Source: an uncultured Methanoregulaceae archaeon (lineage in GTDB: Archaea > Halobacteriota > Methanomicrobia > Methanomicrobiales > Methanospirillaceae). From it: DNA of 64,000 nt. The DNA is taken from the NCBI GenBank assembly GCA_963701095.1, contig OY969564.1, forward strand, positions 1,600,001 through 1,664,000, in the 5' to 3' direction. The notes below the pieces were generated by a model. That model worked only from the letters and a program-made list of their open reading frames with translations, made no database searches and was not told the origin of the DNA. Position numbers and translations under genes: made by a program. Shown in pieces: positions 31,539-40,743 of this stretch. Every line of letters starts with the position of its first letter. The first letter of the stretch is position 1.

Positions 31539-32833
31539 ATGCGTAGAAACACCGGCGGTAATCTCGTATGGGGTATTGTCTTTGGGATTGCAATCGGGTT
31601 GCTGATGAGTACATCCTTTGCTGCCGCTGCAACCGGAACAACTCCTGCCTCCGGGGGTCCTGTGGTGTATCTTAATTTCAACGAAGGCAGTGGCAATCTG
31701 GCACTGGATGCATCCGGTAATGGGAATACCGGGACAATTCATGGTAACGCGTACCGGGTCGATAATGATGGATGTGTTAAGGCACTGGTGCTTGATGGTA
31801 ATGGGAGTTACGTGTCAATTCCTTATACCCCAGAGAACCACCCCACAGATACTATCACGGTGTCGCTCTGGTTTTATGTGAACAATACATTCCCCCAGAC
31901 TCTGGTATCGACCTACACAGATGGAGGGGGGTACAGGCTCGGGTTTGATGAAGGAAATGATCTCTGGTGGACACTTGCTCTCGAAAACCCGCAGGGAAGC
32001 GTTTCTGTAGTTATTCCAAATGAGGATATTGTTACTGGGCAATGGCACCAGATAACCGGATCCTATGACGGCCAGAAAATCAAAATCTACCTTGATGGGA
32101 TCCTCAGAAGCCAGGTGAATGCATCCGGTTCAATTTATTATGCGGATGACAACGATGTCCTGATCGGTGCCAACGCAGGGCCCGGCGTTTATCCCGACCA
32201 GAATTCGCCGGAATATCTCAATGGAGCTGTTGATGAAGTCAGGATCTACGATAGGGCAATTCAATACAGTGAGGAGATTGAAGACCGGTACGAATGTTCC
32301 GCAGCAATTGGAACTGGGATTCTCTCACTTACCCCAAGCACACCTCCGGTATTTTTTACGTCCGGCTCCCTGAAACTGAGATCCGGAGAGATTGTTGAAA
32401 AGCGTTTGATGTTTTCAAACCAGACAGAACAGGGTATCTGGCAGGTGATAGTTCCTCCCGGCTCAAAGCTGTCTGTCGATGCGACGGACACCTACGCCAA
32501 TATCTACGGTGACGAATGGTACGTAGAGATCGGAGACCAGAACACCCGGCTCACGCGTATTGTTGCTTTCCCCGTCACGAACAATGCCCCGGCAACCGGC
32601 ATTATTGAGTCAGGAAACGCGACAGTCCTTGTCCATTATTTCGGTGGCCCGGGCCGTTCCCGGCAAGTGTAGTTTTGACGTTTGACTGTACGACACCGGA
32701 AACGCAAGCACCTTCCATGCCAAAAGCAATCCTTGAAAACCCTATCATTGTAATTTATTCTGCATCATGGGCAACACTGATCGCTCTTATTGTTGTAATC
32801 GTTTGGGCCCATACGAGACGCAATAAAAAATAG
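31539..32833 (+). CDS. LamG/concanavalin-like cell-surface protein with a C-terminal TM anchor; frameshift near 32657
   Basis: Signal peptide; FNEGSG..ALDASGNGN, WHQI.GSYDG, GAVDEVRIYDRA. Restoring one base gives a TM helix plus basic tail HTRRNKK. Confidence 0.82.
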
Positions 32834-32867
32834 ATTCCTTTTCGCTCACTATAAAAACATAAAAAAA

Positions 32868-33371
32868 TCAGAGAGTAATTTCTCGGAACTGTTTCCCAAA
32901 TACGCCGCAGATGGGGCACTTATCGGGAGCTTTACCTGTCTCAATGTTACCACAGACCGGGCAGAGAAAGATCTTTTCCCTGCTGATATCATGACCGGCT
33001 TTGAGAGCGGCAAGCGCTTTTTTATACAGTCCTGCGTGAACCTCTTCTGCCTTCATGGCATGCGTAAACGCAAGTACTGCTTCGCTTTTCTTCTCAGATT
33101 CAGCCTCTTTGATAAACCCGGGATACATGGATGTGTACTCATGTGTTTCCCCGGCAATGCTTCCCTCAAGATTTTTCTCGGTTTCGCCAATTGCATCGAG
33201 CACTTTCAAGAGTTTCTTTGCATGAATTGCTTCAGCCTCAGATGCGGCTTTGTAAAGGGTGGCGATATTCGTGAAACCTTCAGCAACAGCTTTTTCGGAA
33301 AACGCTGAATATTTCCTGTTAGCCTGGGATTCTCCGGCAAATGCCTCCATTGCATTTTTTTGGGTTGTCAT
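32868..33371 (-). CDS. Rubrerythrin
   Basis: AFAGESQA, EAIHA, ETHEYTSMYP, EEVH, C-terminal CPVCG...CPICG. Confidence 0.95.
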   Translation of the reverse strand: MTTQKNAMEAFAGESQANRKYSAFSEKAVAEGFTNIATLYKAASEAEAIHAKKLLKVLDAIGETEKNLEGSIAGETHEYTSMYPGFIKEAESEKKSEAVLAFTHAMKAEEVHAGLYKKALAALKAGHDISREKIFLCPVCGNIETGKAPDKCPICGVFGKQFREITL

Positions 33372-33548
33372 ACGGGAACTATAGGTTAGATTTTACTTAA
33401 AGATTTTTCATGAGGCAGAGCATTTGAAATCTGGACCTTGAGCCTTTCCGAAGTGAAATGAAAGCAATTATAGTTGAGGGAACACTACGCATAGTGATAC
33501 GAGGGAATATACCGGTTTACAGGTATTTTGACCCGGCCGGGTAATACC

Positions 33549-34211
33549 ATGAAAAAAATGAAGGATGTCCCCGAAGGCGACCGACCGAGAGAAAAAATCG
33601 CAAAAAGGGGGGTTAATACCCTTACCGATACAGAACTCATCGAAGCGATCTTAGGAAGAGGCGTGCAGAACCGGGATGTCCGGGTAATTGCGCGTGATAT
33701 CACGGCGATGCTTCAGGATCCTGATCACCAGATCCGATATGAAGATCTTTTATCTGTCAATGGGACAGGACCAACAAAAGCGGCCCAGATTATGGCTTGT
33801 CTCGAACTGGGGCGTCGAAGGTACGAACCTACAGGAGTTATAAGGATTCAAAAACCAGAGGATGTTCTGCAGCTGGTCAGTTCCTACCGGGAAAAGCCTC
33901 AGGAATATTTCATTTGTATCTCACTGACGGGAGCTGGAGAGGTTATCCGGAGTCGCGTGGTTACTATTGGAATCCTCAACCACAGCCTTGTCCACCCCCG
34001 GGAGGTATTTGCTGGGGCAATTACCGACCGGGCAGCATCCGTCATATGTGTGCACAACCATCCTTCAGGAACCCTCGAAGCAAGCCCGCAGGATATAGCA
34101 ATCACAAAACAACTTCATGAAGCAGGAGTACTTCTCGGTATCCAGCTCCTCGATCATCTCATCATAACGCGGACCGGCTTTTCCAGTATGAAGGAAAAAG
34201 GGTTGGTCTGA
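33549..34211 (+). CDS. radC: RadC-family JAB-domain protein
   Basis: RPREK, TELIEAILG, VHPREVF, HNHPSG..S..D, LLDHLII. Confidence 0.93.
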   Translation: MKKMKDVPEGDRPREKIAKRGVNTLTDTELIEAILGRGVQNRDVRVIARDITAMLQDPDHQIRYEDLLSVNGTGPTKAAQIMACLELGRRRYEPTGVIRIQKPEDVLQLVSSYREKPQEYFICISLTGAGEVIRSRVVTIGILNHSLVHPREVFAGAITDRAASVICVHNHPSGTLEASPQDIAITKQLHEAGVLLGIQLLDHLIITRTGFSSMKEKGLV

Positions 34212-34258
34212 GTAATAATCAGTAGAAAAGAGGGATACTTCCCGTTTTACCGGAAGAC

Positions 34259-34852
34259 TTACTGGGAAAAAGACTTTCCGAATGCAAATCCCTTTTTATA
34301 GGCCGCATCAAGGAGATCCGGCCGCGTCGTAATATCCCTGATTTTATCCATATCACTGATCAGCAGTTCATCCTGGAACCGGCAATCGATAATATCAAAA
34401 AATGCCTGCGTCGTAAGTTTTGCACCCACAAACACTTCGGGAATGTCCATCCCGGAGATACAGATGAATATACCGGCACGCCTTTTTTTTTGGTCCGATG
34501 GGACAAGAGATTGTTTCCGTTGGTATTTGGCCATGAAAAAGACCTGGAACCTGTCCATAAACGATTTGAGTGTCCCGGGGATTCCCATAGTCATCACCGG
34601 TGTGGCAAGGATCAGACCATCCACATCCACAAATTTCGGATACATCTGTTGCATGTCATCATCAAGGACGCAGGTCTCGTGTTCACGGCAGAAAAACATT
34701 TCCTGACATCCCTGAAAATCAAGATTCGTGACGGTGATGAGTTCCACCGTGCATCCGGCTTCCCTGGCACCCCGCACTGCCTGTGCCAATAATTGTGCAG
34801 TATTACCCTCATGGAGGGGGCTGCCGAGGAGAGCGATTACCTTTGGTGCCAT
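34259..34852 (-). CDS. Flavodoxin-fold iron-sulfur flavoprotein (Isf-like)
   Basis: LGSP..GNT, CQEMFFC.....C, ATPV, LKSFMDR. Confidence 0.88.
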   Translation of the reverse strand: MAPKVIALLGSPLHEGNTAQLLAQAVRGAREAGCTVELITVTNLDFQGCQEMFFCREHETCVLDDDMQQMYPKFVDVDGLILATPVMTMGIPGTLKSFMDRFQVFFMAKYQRKQSLVPSDQKKRRAGIFICISGMDIPEVFVGAKLTTQAFFDIIDCRFQDELLISDMDKIRDITTRPDLLDAAYKKGFAFGKSFSQ

Positions 34853-34976
34853 ACCTGCATTAGGGGGAAAAAACCGATATAGTTTTGCATAGAAGATCAT
34901 AACCGATGGCGGATTGTAGTATAGACGGACGTACGAACACAACTGATAAATATCATTGATTTAAAAGTGAAGTCTG

Positions 34977-35216
34977 GTGGTAAGTCTGACCGAACAAAAA
35001 ACATATACGGCAGGCCAGAAGGTCGGGCCGGGAAAATATGTATGCATTGATTGTGGTAAGGAACTCACGCTTGATAAGAGCGAACAGGATCTTAGGAAAT
35101 GCCCGGCATGCTCATGCGAGGAATACCAGTGTTTCCCGATGACCCATATCCGGCCAGACATCAAGACTCCTGAAGATGCCAAAAACCCGCCAAAACGAGG
35201 CAAGAGTTTCCAGTAA
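34977..35216 (+). CDS. Small zinc-ribbon/rubredoxin-like protein
   Basis: AGQKVGPGKYVCIDCG...CPAC. Confidence 0.75.
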   Translation: MVSLTEQKTYTAGQKVGPGKYVCIDCGKELTLDKSEQDLRKCPACSCEEYQCFPMTHIRPDIKTPEDAKNPPKRGKSFQ

Positions 35217-35335
35217 TTTCTTATTTTTCCTGCAATGGTACTGCCCAATCGTGAATGCCCAGAACAGCCATTCCAAGGTCTGTTTCTGGGGCAGAGATTG
35301 TCACAGGACAAAACTGCGAAAGGAGAAAATAACGT

Positions 35336-35464
35336 ATGGTGAACGTATCTGCAGTGGGACAGGTCTTTAAGTGTGAGATCTGTGGAAATGTTGTTGTAGT
35401 AAAAGAATCCGGCGGCGGAGAACTGATCTGCTGTGGTGAACCGATGATACTGGAGAGTGGATGA
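35336..35464 (+). CDS. Desulforedoxin (stand-alone desulfoferrodoxin FeS4 domain), 42 aa
   Basis: Not in the ORF track. [47 protein letters not shown] upstream. Confidence 0.88.
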   Translation: MVNVSAVGQVFKCEICGNVVVVKESGGGELICCGEPMILESG

Positions 35465-35466
35465 TT

Positions 35467-35844
35467 ATGGTTGCAAAAAAGGTTGTTAATAAAAGCAAAA
35501 CTGCAAAAGAACTCAAAGGATTGGAAAAGAAAATCGGAAAAGTTCCCAAATTCTTCCAGGAACTGACGGTAAACGATCCAGAAATGTACAATCTTGTCAT
35601 CAAGATGGAAGATCATATATGGGACGATGGCAAGCTCACGAGGAAGACTAAGAAACTCATTGCCATTGCAATTGCAGCAGCATTGCGTGACCCGCATGCT
35701 GTCCATGCCCAGCTTATAGGTGCTGCAAACCTTGGTGTCACAAAAGCTGAGGTTGAAGAAGCACTACGGGTTACATTCCTTCTCTCAGGCATGCCGGCAT
35801 ATGTATACGGCAAAGCCCAGCTCGATGAAGTAATGAAAAAGTAA
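35467..35844 (+). CDS. Carboxymuconolactone decarboxylase (CMD/AhpD)-family protein
   Basis: DGKLTRKTKKLIAIAIA...GVTKAEVEEAL....GMP. Confidence 0.85.
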   Translation: MVAKKVVNKSKTAKELKGLEKKIGKVPKFFQELTVNDPEMYNLVIKMEDHIWDDGKLTRKTKKLIAIAIAAALRDPHAVHAQLIGAANLGVTKAEVEEALRVTFLLSGMPAYVYGKAQLDEVMKK

Positions 35845-35946
35845 TCGCGTGAAATTAGGATTCCTCATTTTTCTGGAATAGCCGGATATTTTTCTTTATA
35901 ATGTTGTATCCAATTCTTTTTCACTAACTATATCCAAGCATCATCT

Positions 35947-36573
35947 ATGCCTGTAAAAGTCCTTGCGTTTGCCGGAAGTCCACGCAGATTTGGTAATTCG
36001 GAAACGCTGCTCGACTGGACTCTTGCATCTATGGCAGAAGAGCAGGACGTTATTATTGAAAAGGTCCCACTCACTGATGCGAATGTCAATCCTTGCCGGG
36101 GATGCAACGCGTGTGAAAAACTCAACAAATGTGTCCAGCGAGACGGGATGGACATCTTGCACAACAAGATTATCGAAGCGGATTGCATCGTCCTTTCATC
36201 CCCGATTTTCTGTATGGGGCTGTGCTCGCAGGTTAAAGCCCTTGTTGACCGTGCACAGGTTTTCCGGTCACGGAAATATGTGCTCAAACTGCCGGTGGTC
36301 CCCGCTGAGAGGCTTGGTAAACGTATGGGGGTCTTCATTTCGACAGCTGGACAAACATGGCCACATGTTTTTGACGCAGCCGTTCCTTCGGTCAAATGCT
36401 TCTATCATGTGATCGAAATCAGGGATGTAGACATACGATATCTTATGATCAACGGAGTCGATGAGAAAGGGGCGATTGAGCATCACCCAGCTGCCCGGTT
36501 AGACGCCGAAAAACTGGGAAAATCCGTCATCGCTGATTTAAAAAAGCGGTTAGAAGAGGAACCGATACCATGA
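35947..36573 (+). CDS. Iron-sulfur flavoprotein (flavodoxin family)
   Basis: GSPRRFGNS, CRGCNAC.....C, SPIF, KALVDR. Confidence 0.9.
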   Translation: MPVKVLAFAGSPRRFGNSETLLDWTLASMAEEQDVIIEKVPLTDANVNPCRGCNACEKLNKCVQRDGMDILHNKIIEADCIVLSSPIFCMGLCSQVKALVDRAQVFRSRKYVLKLPVVPAERLGKRMGVFISTAGQTWPHVFDAAVPSVKCFYHVIEIRDVDIRYLMINGVDEKGAIEHHPAARLDAEKLGKSVIADLKKRLEEEPIP

Positions 36574-37178
36574 CCGTCAAGGTACTTGGTATATCGGGTA
36601 GTCCCCGCCGGCATGGAAATACTGAGACCTTGCTTGACAGTTTCCTCGAAGGGGCTAAAGCAGCGGGGGCGTCTGTGGAAAAAGTTGTGCTTAAAGAGAT
36701 CGATTATTCTCCCTGTCGGGGGTGTAATGCATGCCACAGGACCGGCGAATGCATTGTTAATGACGATGCTCCGGGCCTCTATGAAAAAATATTGGCAGTC
36801 GACTGTCTGGCAGTAGCCTCCCCCATCTACAGCATGGGGATTACCGCCCAGCTTAAGGGGTTTATTGACCGGGCGCAATATCTCTGGGCGCGAAAATTCA
36901 TCCTCAAAACCCTTGAATTTTCAGAAGAACATATCAAACAGCATAAAGGCGTCTTTATTTCCACCGCCGGACAAAATCTTGCCAATGTGTTTGATGCAGC
37001 GTTCCCGGCGATCACTGCCCTCTTTCATGGCACAGGGTTCGATTATTCTCTAAACATCGTTGCCAACAATATGGATCAATATAACGGGATTAAGAACCAT
37101 CCGACAGCTTTGAAAGAGGCATACGAGCAGGGAAAGCAGATTGTAGGTAATCTGGAGAAGGTTATTGCACCCTTGTAA
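36570..37178 (+). CDS. Iron-sulfur flavoprotein (flavodoxin family), tandem paralog
   Basis: GSPRRHGNT, CRGCNAC.....C, SPIY, KGFIDR. Confidence 0.9.
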   Translation: MTVKVLGISGSPRRHGNTETLLDSFLEGAKAAGASVEKVVLKEIDYSPCRGCNACHRTGECIVNDDAPGLYEKILAVDCLAVASPIYSMGITAQLKGFIDRAQYLWARKFILKTLEFSEEHIKQHKGVFISTAGQNLANVFDAAFPAITALFHGTGFDYSLNIVANNMDQYNGIKNHPTALKEAYEQGKQIVGNLEKVIAPL

Positions 37179-37189
37179 AAATGAGATTC

Positions 37190-37855
37190 TCAAAAAAGTA
37201 TCAGAGAATATAGAAGGAGCTGAATCAGCACGCCGAATGAGGCCACAATCAAAAGGATAAATACGGCTATATTCCAGGATAAAACTTTGTTCCCATCGAG
37301 AATGCTGATGGGGAGCATATTGAACGTGGCGATCATGGCATTTATCTGAACCCCGAATAAACCGATCTGGGCAAGCAGGTTTCCCGATGCAAGGGACGAG
37401 ACCCCGCCAACCAAGAGGAGACCGGCAAATGGTATACAGAGAAGGAGATTGGTAAGCGGGCCGGCTGCCGAGATTTTGCCATTTTCTTCACGACTAATTG
37501 TCCTGCCGTCAAGCCTAACGTTGTAGATAACAGTCGCGCCGGGGGCGGCAAAGACAAAACCCACCAATGCAGTTAGTGCAACTGCGACAAGGAGCATAAA
37601 ATTATTTTTTCTGAATTCAGCCCAGAATCCGAATTTTATCGCAGCAAATTTATGCGCCAGTTCGTGCAGAACGAGCCCAATACCTGCAGTAAGGAGCGCA
37701 ATTACAAAATAGGTCAGGGCTTCTGTCGGACCTACGGGCGATATATAACCAAGAATACCATAGGGTGCCAGTTTAATGATGGCAAAGGAAAGAGATATTG
37801 CCAACCATGCGGCAAAAAGATCATATTCCTCGCGCCGTGTGATTTTTTCGAGCAT
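37190..37855 (-). CDS. M50/site-2 protease family membrane metalloprotease
   Basis: HELAH, AAGPLTN, FNMLP...LDG. Confidence 0.9.
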   Translation of the reverse strand: MLEKITRREEYDLFAAWLAISLSFAIIKLAPYGILGYISPVGPTEALTYFVIALLTAGIGLVLHELAHKFAAIKFGFWAEFRKNNFMLLVAVALTALVGFVFAAPGATVIYNVRLDGRTISREENGKISAAGPLTNLLLCIPFAGLLLVGGVSSLASGNLLAQIGLFGVQINAMIATFNMLPISILDGNKVLSWNIAVFILLIVASFGVLIQLLLYSLILF

Positions 37856-37938
37856 GATACTACCGGATCAGATAGGTTGTTTCTGTCTTATTTGTCTTCG
37901 CGTCATGTTTATCACTTTTTCCTGCGATGTACATTCCT

Positions 37939-38238
37939 ATGAGTATTGAAGAAGTAAGGTCGGAGATAACTCAGATCGACGAAGAAATCATCCACCTCAT
38001 CGCACAACGGCAGGCCCTTGCCGGGAAAATTGCCGTCATTAAGCAGGAACGAGAGATTCCCATACATGACAACCAACGCAAAATTGACGTTCTGGATTAT
38101 GTGACAAAACTTGCAAAAGCAAACCATATCGATCCGGTCCCGGTGAAGGGAATCTTCGAGACACTTATAGGTATGAATGAGAAAGCACAACGGGCGGCTT
38201 TGGAAAAACCCGTCCCGAAAAAAAGATCCCATAAATAA
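37939..38238 (+). CDS. Chorismate mutase (AroQ type)
   Basis: IEEVRSEITQIDEEIIHLIAQR...IAVIK....PIHD..R. Confidence 0.82.
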   Translation: MSIEEVRSEITQIDEEIIHLIAQRQALAGKIAVIKQEREIPIHDNQRKIDVLDYVTKLAKANHIDPVPVKGIFETLIGMNEKAQRAALEKPVPKKRSHK

Positions 38239-38295
38239 TTTTTATTCCAGATTTTAGCATTATTTTATAAAAAATAAGGATTTCTCACACGACCT

Positions 38296-39387
38296 TCACA
38301 GAAGTCGAGGCCCAAAGATAATGAAAATCCCTACAAGAATCATTGCGAGGCCGATAACAACCCGGAGCTTCCGGCGATGATCCACCCTCCATGCATTGAC
38401 CCGTTCCGGCGGAATTCCAATTACAACTGCGAGAAGGATGATTATGAGCGGGAGAATGAAAATAACGTTGTAGAGAAGCAGGTAAGGAATCCCTTCTGAG
38501 AGCGTCATTGTGCTGCTCATCAGGCTGAGGATGGTCAGGTAGATTCCCCCAGTGCAGGGAAGTTCGAAAATTCCCACAAGAACCCCCAGAATAAATGCAG
38601 CAGGAAGCGTTGCTGTAACAATATATAGTTCGATGATCTCTTTTTTCGAAGCAGGGATGGCAAGGATAAATCCCTCCTTCTTTACGGCGGCGTCAATAAT
38701 ATAGATCAAACCAAGAACGATGGCGATAAGTGCCGCTGCCGTCGATATCAGACTCGAAACCCCGGATACCTGCACAAAAGAGAGAACCCCTATACCGGAG
38801 AGGAAATAAAACAAAAAGACGGCTGCGATATAGGTAAAGCCTACCATCAGGACCTGCCGGCGCGTCTGGAGCGCTATAATGGAAAGGAGGAGGATGACAA
38901 GAACCGAAAACGCACACGGATTAATACTATCAATCCCGGCGCAGAATATGACCAGTGGAATGGTCAGAGCTGTGAAGGTGCCAGGACAGTTTTTCGTCGC
39001 GGTTACATTCACCTTCCCGTATGAAACGTTCGAAGGAGAAGCCATATCTTCCTGGATTACCTGTTCGAGCTGGTCTCTGATCTGATCTTCACCTACAAGA
39101 GCCTGATCACCAATGATGACAGTAGGAACTCCTGCTGACGTGATACCCAGTTTTTGATCCATCGCAAGGAAAAATGCCTGGTTGGTGGCATTATGGTAGA
39201 CCTCGAGCTGTTCAAGTTCAAGATCCGGGTACCGGGCCTGTATTTGTAAGATGAACGGTTTTATGTCGTCGCAATGACTGCACCCCTCACCGTAGAAAAA
39301 ATATCCAATTATCGTAAGGTTTGGAGCAGCTGTTTCGAGAGAAGAGGGGGAAGATTGGGATATTGAACCTGACAAATCCGTTGTTAC
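38296..39387 (-). CDS. Thioredoxin-like (CSHC) domain plus CcdA/DsbD-type transmembrane domain; no convincing start of its own, probably the 3' part of a fused gene
   Basis: FFYGEGCSHC, GVP, DSINPCA and ELPCTGG (the paired TM cysteines). Frame is open from the A10 run onward; TTG at 39375 is the only near start. Confidence 0.85.
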   Translation of the reverse strand, partial: VTTDLSGSISQSSPSSLETAAPNLTIIGYFFYGEGCSHCDDIKPFILQIQARYPDLELEQLEVYHNATNQAFFLAMDQKLGITSAGVPTVIIGDQALVGEDQIRDQLEQVIQEDMASPSNVSYGKVNVTATKNCPGTFTALTIPLVIFCAGIDSINPCAFSVLVILLLSIIALQTRRQVLMVGFTYIAAVFLFYFLSGIGVLSFVQVSGVSSLISTAAALIAIVLGLIYIIDAAVKKEGFILAIPASKKEIIELYIVTATLPAAFILGVLVGIFELPCTGGIYLTILSLMSSTMTLSEGIPYLLLYNVIFILPLIIILLAVVIGIPPERVNAWRVDHRRKLRVVIGLAMILVGIFIIFGPRLL

Positions 39388-39788
39388 TTTTTTTTTTCAA
39401 TGACCCGAAGGTATGCCTCGAGTTTATTCGGTATATCCTGATCCCCGACCAGTACCGTTTTGCCAATAACAATTTCAGGTACACCGGGGGGAGTGGAAAT
39501 ACCGGCCTGGGCGTTTACCTGTGTATAGATCTGCTGGTTTGTCTGGTTATACCAGACCTCGAGCATCCGGATATCCACATCAGGATACTCTTTTGTCATA
39601 TTTTCCATAAACGGTTCGACTTTAGCACAGTGGGGACATCCCTGGCCATAGAAATAATAGACTATACTATCGTTTACGGGTAATGAGACGTTCGTCGGTG
39701 CTGACGGTGCAAAGAAAACAAGGTATGCCACACTCCCTGCAGCAACGACGATAAACAATGCAATAATAAATTGTATGATTTTATCCAT
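39384..39788 (-). CDS. Membrane-anchored thioredoxin/glutaredoxin-like protein (CPHC)
   Basis: N-terminal TM helix, YFYGQGCPHC, EVWYNQTN, GVP; ends EKKK-stop on an A10 run. Confidence 0.85.
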   Translation of the reverse strand: MDKIIQFIIALFIVVAAGSVAYLVFFAPSAPTNVSLPVNDSIVYYFYGQGCPHCAKVEPFMENMTKEYPDVDIRMLEVWYNQTNQQIYTQVNAQAGISTPPGVPEIVIGKTVLVGDQDIPNKLEAYLRVIEKKK

Positions 39789-39866
39789 AGGGTAACCTCT
39801 GCCCGCTTTCTGTTTCGGGAGCACGGGTTATTGCAGGTAAATATTACCATGGCTTGGCAAAAAAAC

Positions 39867-40743
39867 CTACTGGAGGGAGATCATTGTCCCCACTCCATCG
39901 CGAGTGAAGAGTTCGAGAATGAGGTTATGCTCTACGTTGCCGTTGATAATATGAGCGAACCTGACACCGTTTTCGACAGACTTTAATGACAGAAGTCACT
40001 TTCGGGATCATTCCCTCCCCTATGGCCCCAGAAGAAAGGAGAGAATCTGCTTCGCTGACAGAGAGTTTGCGGAAGATATGGGTTCGTTTCGCATCCATCA
40101 CGCCGTCAACGTCTGTCATATTGATCAACTTGTATGCCTTGAGTGCTACGGCAATGTCACCTGCAGCAGTATCTGCATTTATGTTAAGGTTACCTCCGAA
40201 CCTATCAATGGCAATAGGTGAGATGACCGGGATATAGCCCTCTCCAAGGAGTGTATTAAGAAGTGCAGGATCGATCCATTCGATTTCGCCGACACGCCCG
40301 AGATCTACTTCCTGTTCCACGCCTTCTACTTTGACTTTCTGGAGATCCATCTTCTTTGCGAGAATGATATTCCCGTCGCTTCCTGAAAGCCCCACACCCC
40401 TGGCTCCGCATTTTGCAATAAGGGAGATGATTCCCTTGTTGATCTTGCCGACAAGTACCATCTGGGCAATCTCAAGTGTTTCCGGATCCGTTACGCGCAA
40501 ACCCCCGACAAAGACCGACTCTTTCCCGAGTGCCTTCATCTTCTCGGTAATCTCAGGACCTCCGCCATGGACTAATACAACCCGGATCCCCACGTAGTGA
40601 AGGAGCACAGCGTCCTTTATGGCGTTTTCAAGGACAACCGGATCGACCATAGCATGCCCACCAAGCTTGATCACGATCGTTTTACCGTGAAACTGCTGGA
40701 TATAGGGAAGTGCTTCCATCAGCACATCTTCGCGTTTCATCAT
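39867..40743 (-). CDS. argB: Acetylglutamate kinase; extra base near 39982
   Basis: [29 protein letters not shown]. Corrected tail [30 protein letters not shown]. Confidence 0.93.
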
